Shown here: positions 62,592 to 64,000 of the stretch, piece by piece
How positions within the stretch are numbered: the first letter of the stretch is position 1
Layout: each line of letters starts with the position of its first letter
DNA from: a candidate division WOR-3 bacterium
Lineage (GTDB): Bacteria; Hydrothermota; 32-111
Direction: 5' to 3'
Length of the DNA stretch: 64,000 bases
NCBI GenBank assembly: GCA_039804105.1
Contig: JBDRZU010000001.1
Location: 800,001-864,000 of the forward strand
The notes under the pieces: generated by a model
Databases searched by the model: none
Told to the model about the DNA's origin: nothing
Seen by the model: only the letters and a program-made list of their open reading frames with translations
Translations under genes and position numbers: made by a program

Positions 62592-63312
62592 CGGAAGGTA
62601 CGATCTTCTTTTGAGAGAGAAAGAAAACAAAAAAAGTAAAGGTATAAAAAGGATCAAAAGTTTTTTTGTTAAAGTCATAAAACTTTTTATACTGATAATG
62701 TTAATATCAGGAATAATTGTTTTTCTATCAAACAAGTTCATCAATATGAAAACATTTAGAGTAAAGTATATAGAGATAAAAGTCGTTAATGAAAAGATTT
62801 ACCTTGACAGTAAACCTTTCAAAAATATAGTGGGAGAAAACATTTTTAAAATAAAGTCCGAAAAGATCAAGGAAATTGTAGACAGAAATTATAGTGACTT
62901 CAAAGTGAAAAATATAAAGAAGAGTTTTCCTTCAAAACTGGAAATCATAGTTTACAGAAAAATACCTCTTTTGTTGTTGGAAGATAACCTTGTAATATAC
63001 CAGGATATGGAAGTAGGAACAAACAGTAAATACTCAGCGGCAAACTACATATTCGTTGAAACCGATGAAAAAAATATAAGATCAGTTTTTGATGTTCCAG
63101 GACTTCCAACAATCTTTCCTGATCTCATCAGAGAAAAGGACAACATAAAAAAAATAGGTTTTATAGATAGAGGAATAAAAATTTATACAAAAAATAACAA
63201 ATCTTTAATCATAAATAAAGGTGACAGAATACCAAAATTGAAAGAATTTGAAAATATCGAATATAAAACAATAGATTTAAGATTTAAAAATGGAATATAT
63301 GTAAAAAAATAA
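62572..63312 (+). CDS. ftsQ: Cell division protein FtsQ/DivIB (start uncertain)
   Basis: Basic N-terminus, TM, POTRA-like (K.FP..L.I), IDLRF end; lies before ftsA. Confidence 0.8.
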   Translation: MKLKYYSGRYDLLLREKENKKSKGIKRIKSFFVKVIKLFILIMLISGIIVFLSNKFINMKTFRVKYIEIKVVNEKIYLDSKPFKNIVGENIFKIKSEKIKEIVDRNYSDFKVKNIKKSFPSKLEIIVYRKIPLLLLEDNLVIYQDMEVGTNSKYSAANYIFVETDEKNIRSVFDVPGLPTIFPDLIREKDNIKKIGFIDRGIKIYTKNNKSLIINKGDRIPKLKEFENIEYKTIDLRFKNGIYVKK

Positions 63313-63329
63313 ATAAAAGAGAGGTAAAT

Positions 63330-64000
63330 ATGGTGATCACTGTATTAGATATCGGAACATCTACTGTAAAGACACTTATTGCAACAATTGAAGAAGAAAA
63401 TACTATAAATCTTCGAGGTGTTGGAGAATCTTCGAAACATAAAATGTATAAATCGAAAATTACCGATGTTGAATCCACTGTTGCAGCGATAAAAGATTCT
63501 ATGTTAAAAGCGGAAGTTATGGCGGGACTAAAACCTGATAATATTTTTGCTTCCATCGGTGGAGTTGAAACAAAAGGTATTACAGGAAAGGGAACAATCG
63601 CATTACCAAAACAAAATTCTATTATAAATGAAAATGACGTTATAAGGGCTATAAACCAAAGCAAGGTTATGTCTATAGGAGATAATCCCATAATACATGT
63701 TATCGAAAGAAATTTCACAGTTGATACACAGGAAAACATAAAAAATCCAATCGGACTTATTGGGTCAAAACTTTTATGTGAAACGATGTTGATAACTATT
63801 CCATCACTTATAATTCAAAATTATAGCAATGTTATAGAAAGAGCCGGTTATAGAGTTGAGGGTTATGTTTCACAACATATTGCTGCTTCATATTCTGTGC
63901 TTTCCGAAGAGGAAAAAGAACTTGGAGTTGCCTTAATAGATATTGGAGGGGGAACAACAAAAATTACCACTTTTACCGATTCGGTAATCAGAGAGATCGA
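63330..64000 (+). CDS. ftsA: Cell division protein FtsA (runs off right edge)
   Basis: Not in the ORF track. GAGG SD, then MVITVLDIGTSTVK..., VLSEEEKELGVALIDIGGGTT. Confidence 0.93.
   Translation, partial: MVITVLDIGTSTVKTLIATIEEENTINLRGVGESSKHKMYKSKITDVESTVAAIKDSMLKAEVMAGLKPDNIFASIGGVETKGITGKGTIALPKQNSIINENDVIRAINQSKVMSIGDNPIIHVIERNFTVDTQENIKNPIGLIGSKLLCETMLITIPSLIIQNYSNVIERAGYRVEGYVSQHIAASYSVLSEEEKELGVALIDIGGGTTKITTFTDSVIREI

Overview
AT-rich (roughly 30% GC by eye), gene-dense chromosomal window from a diderm bacterium (LolCD, meso-DAP-type MurE, sigma54/bEBP). T9SS/FlgD-like C-terminal domains suggest an FCB-related candidate lineage such as WOR-3/TA06, but this is inference only. Contents from left to right: grpE-dnaK-dnaJ-rsmE-hinT operon; a secreted Cys peptidase; a Clp ATPase; a Myxococcus/Geobacter-style type IVa pilus cluster (two tandem pilB, pilT, pilC, pilS/pilR, an inverted GT4 gene, two paralogous pilins, ABC/TPR accessory genes, pilD); cmk-plsC-ispH-rpsA-pyrG; a 1574-aa secreted Ig-repeat protein; a YtrA-type regulator plus tRNA nucleotidyltransferase; prfB-lysS-lolC-lolD; an M23-dusB-MTase-EndoQ-HIT operon; and the dcw cluster from mraZ to a partial ftsA, with a STAS gene inserted. 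I found no RNA genes, CRISPR arrays or mobile elements. The most notable signals are regulatory: (1) sigma70-like promoters with an almost fixed 16-bp spacer, and seven genes that look leaderless; (2) two copies of a sigma54 + palindromic-enhancer module, offset by exactly 500 bp, one in front of each pilin; (3) twin PilB motors that differ in the MshEN motif; (4) a YtrA operator controlling an apparent CC-adding enzyme.
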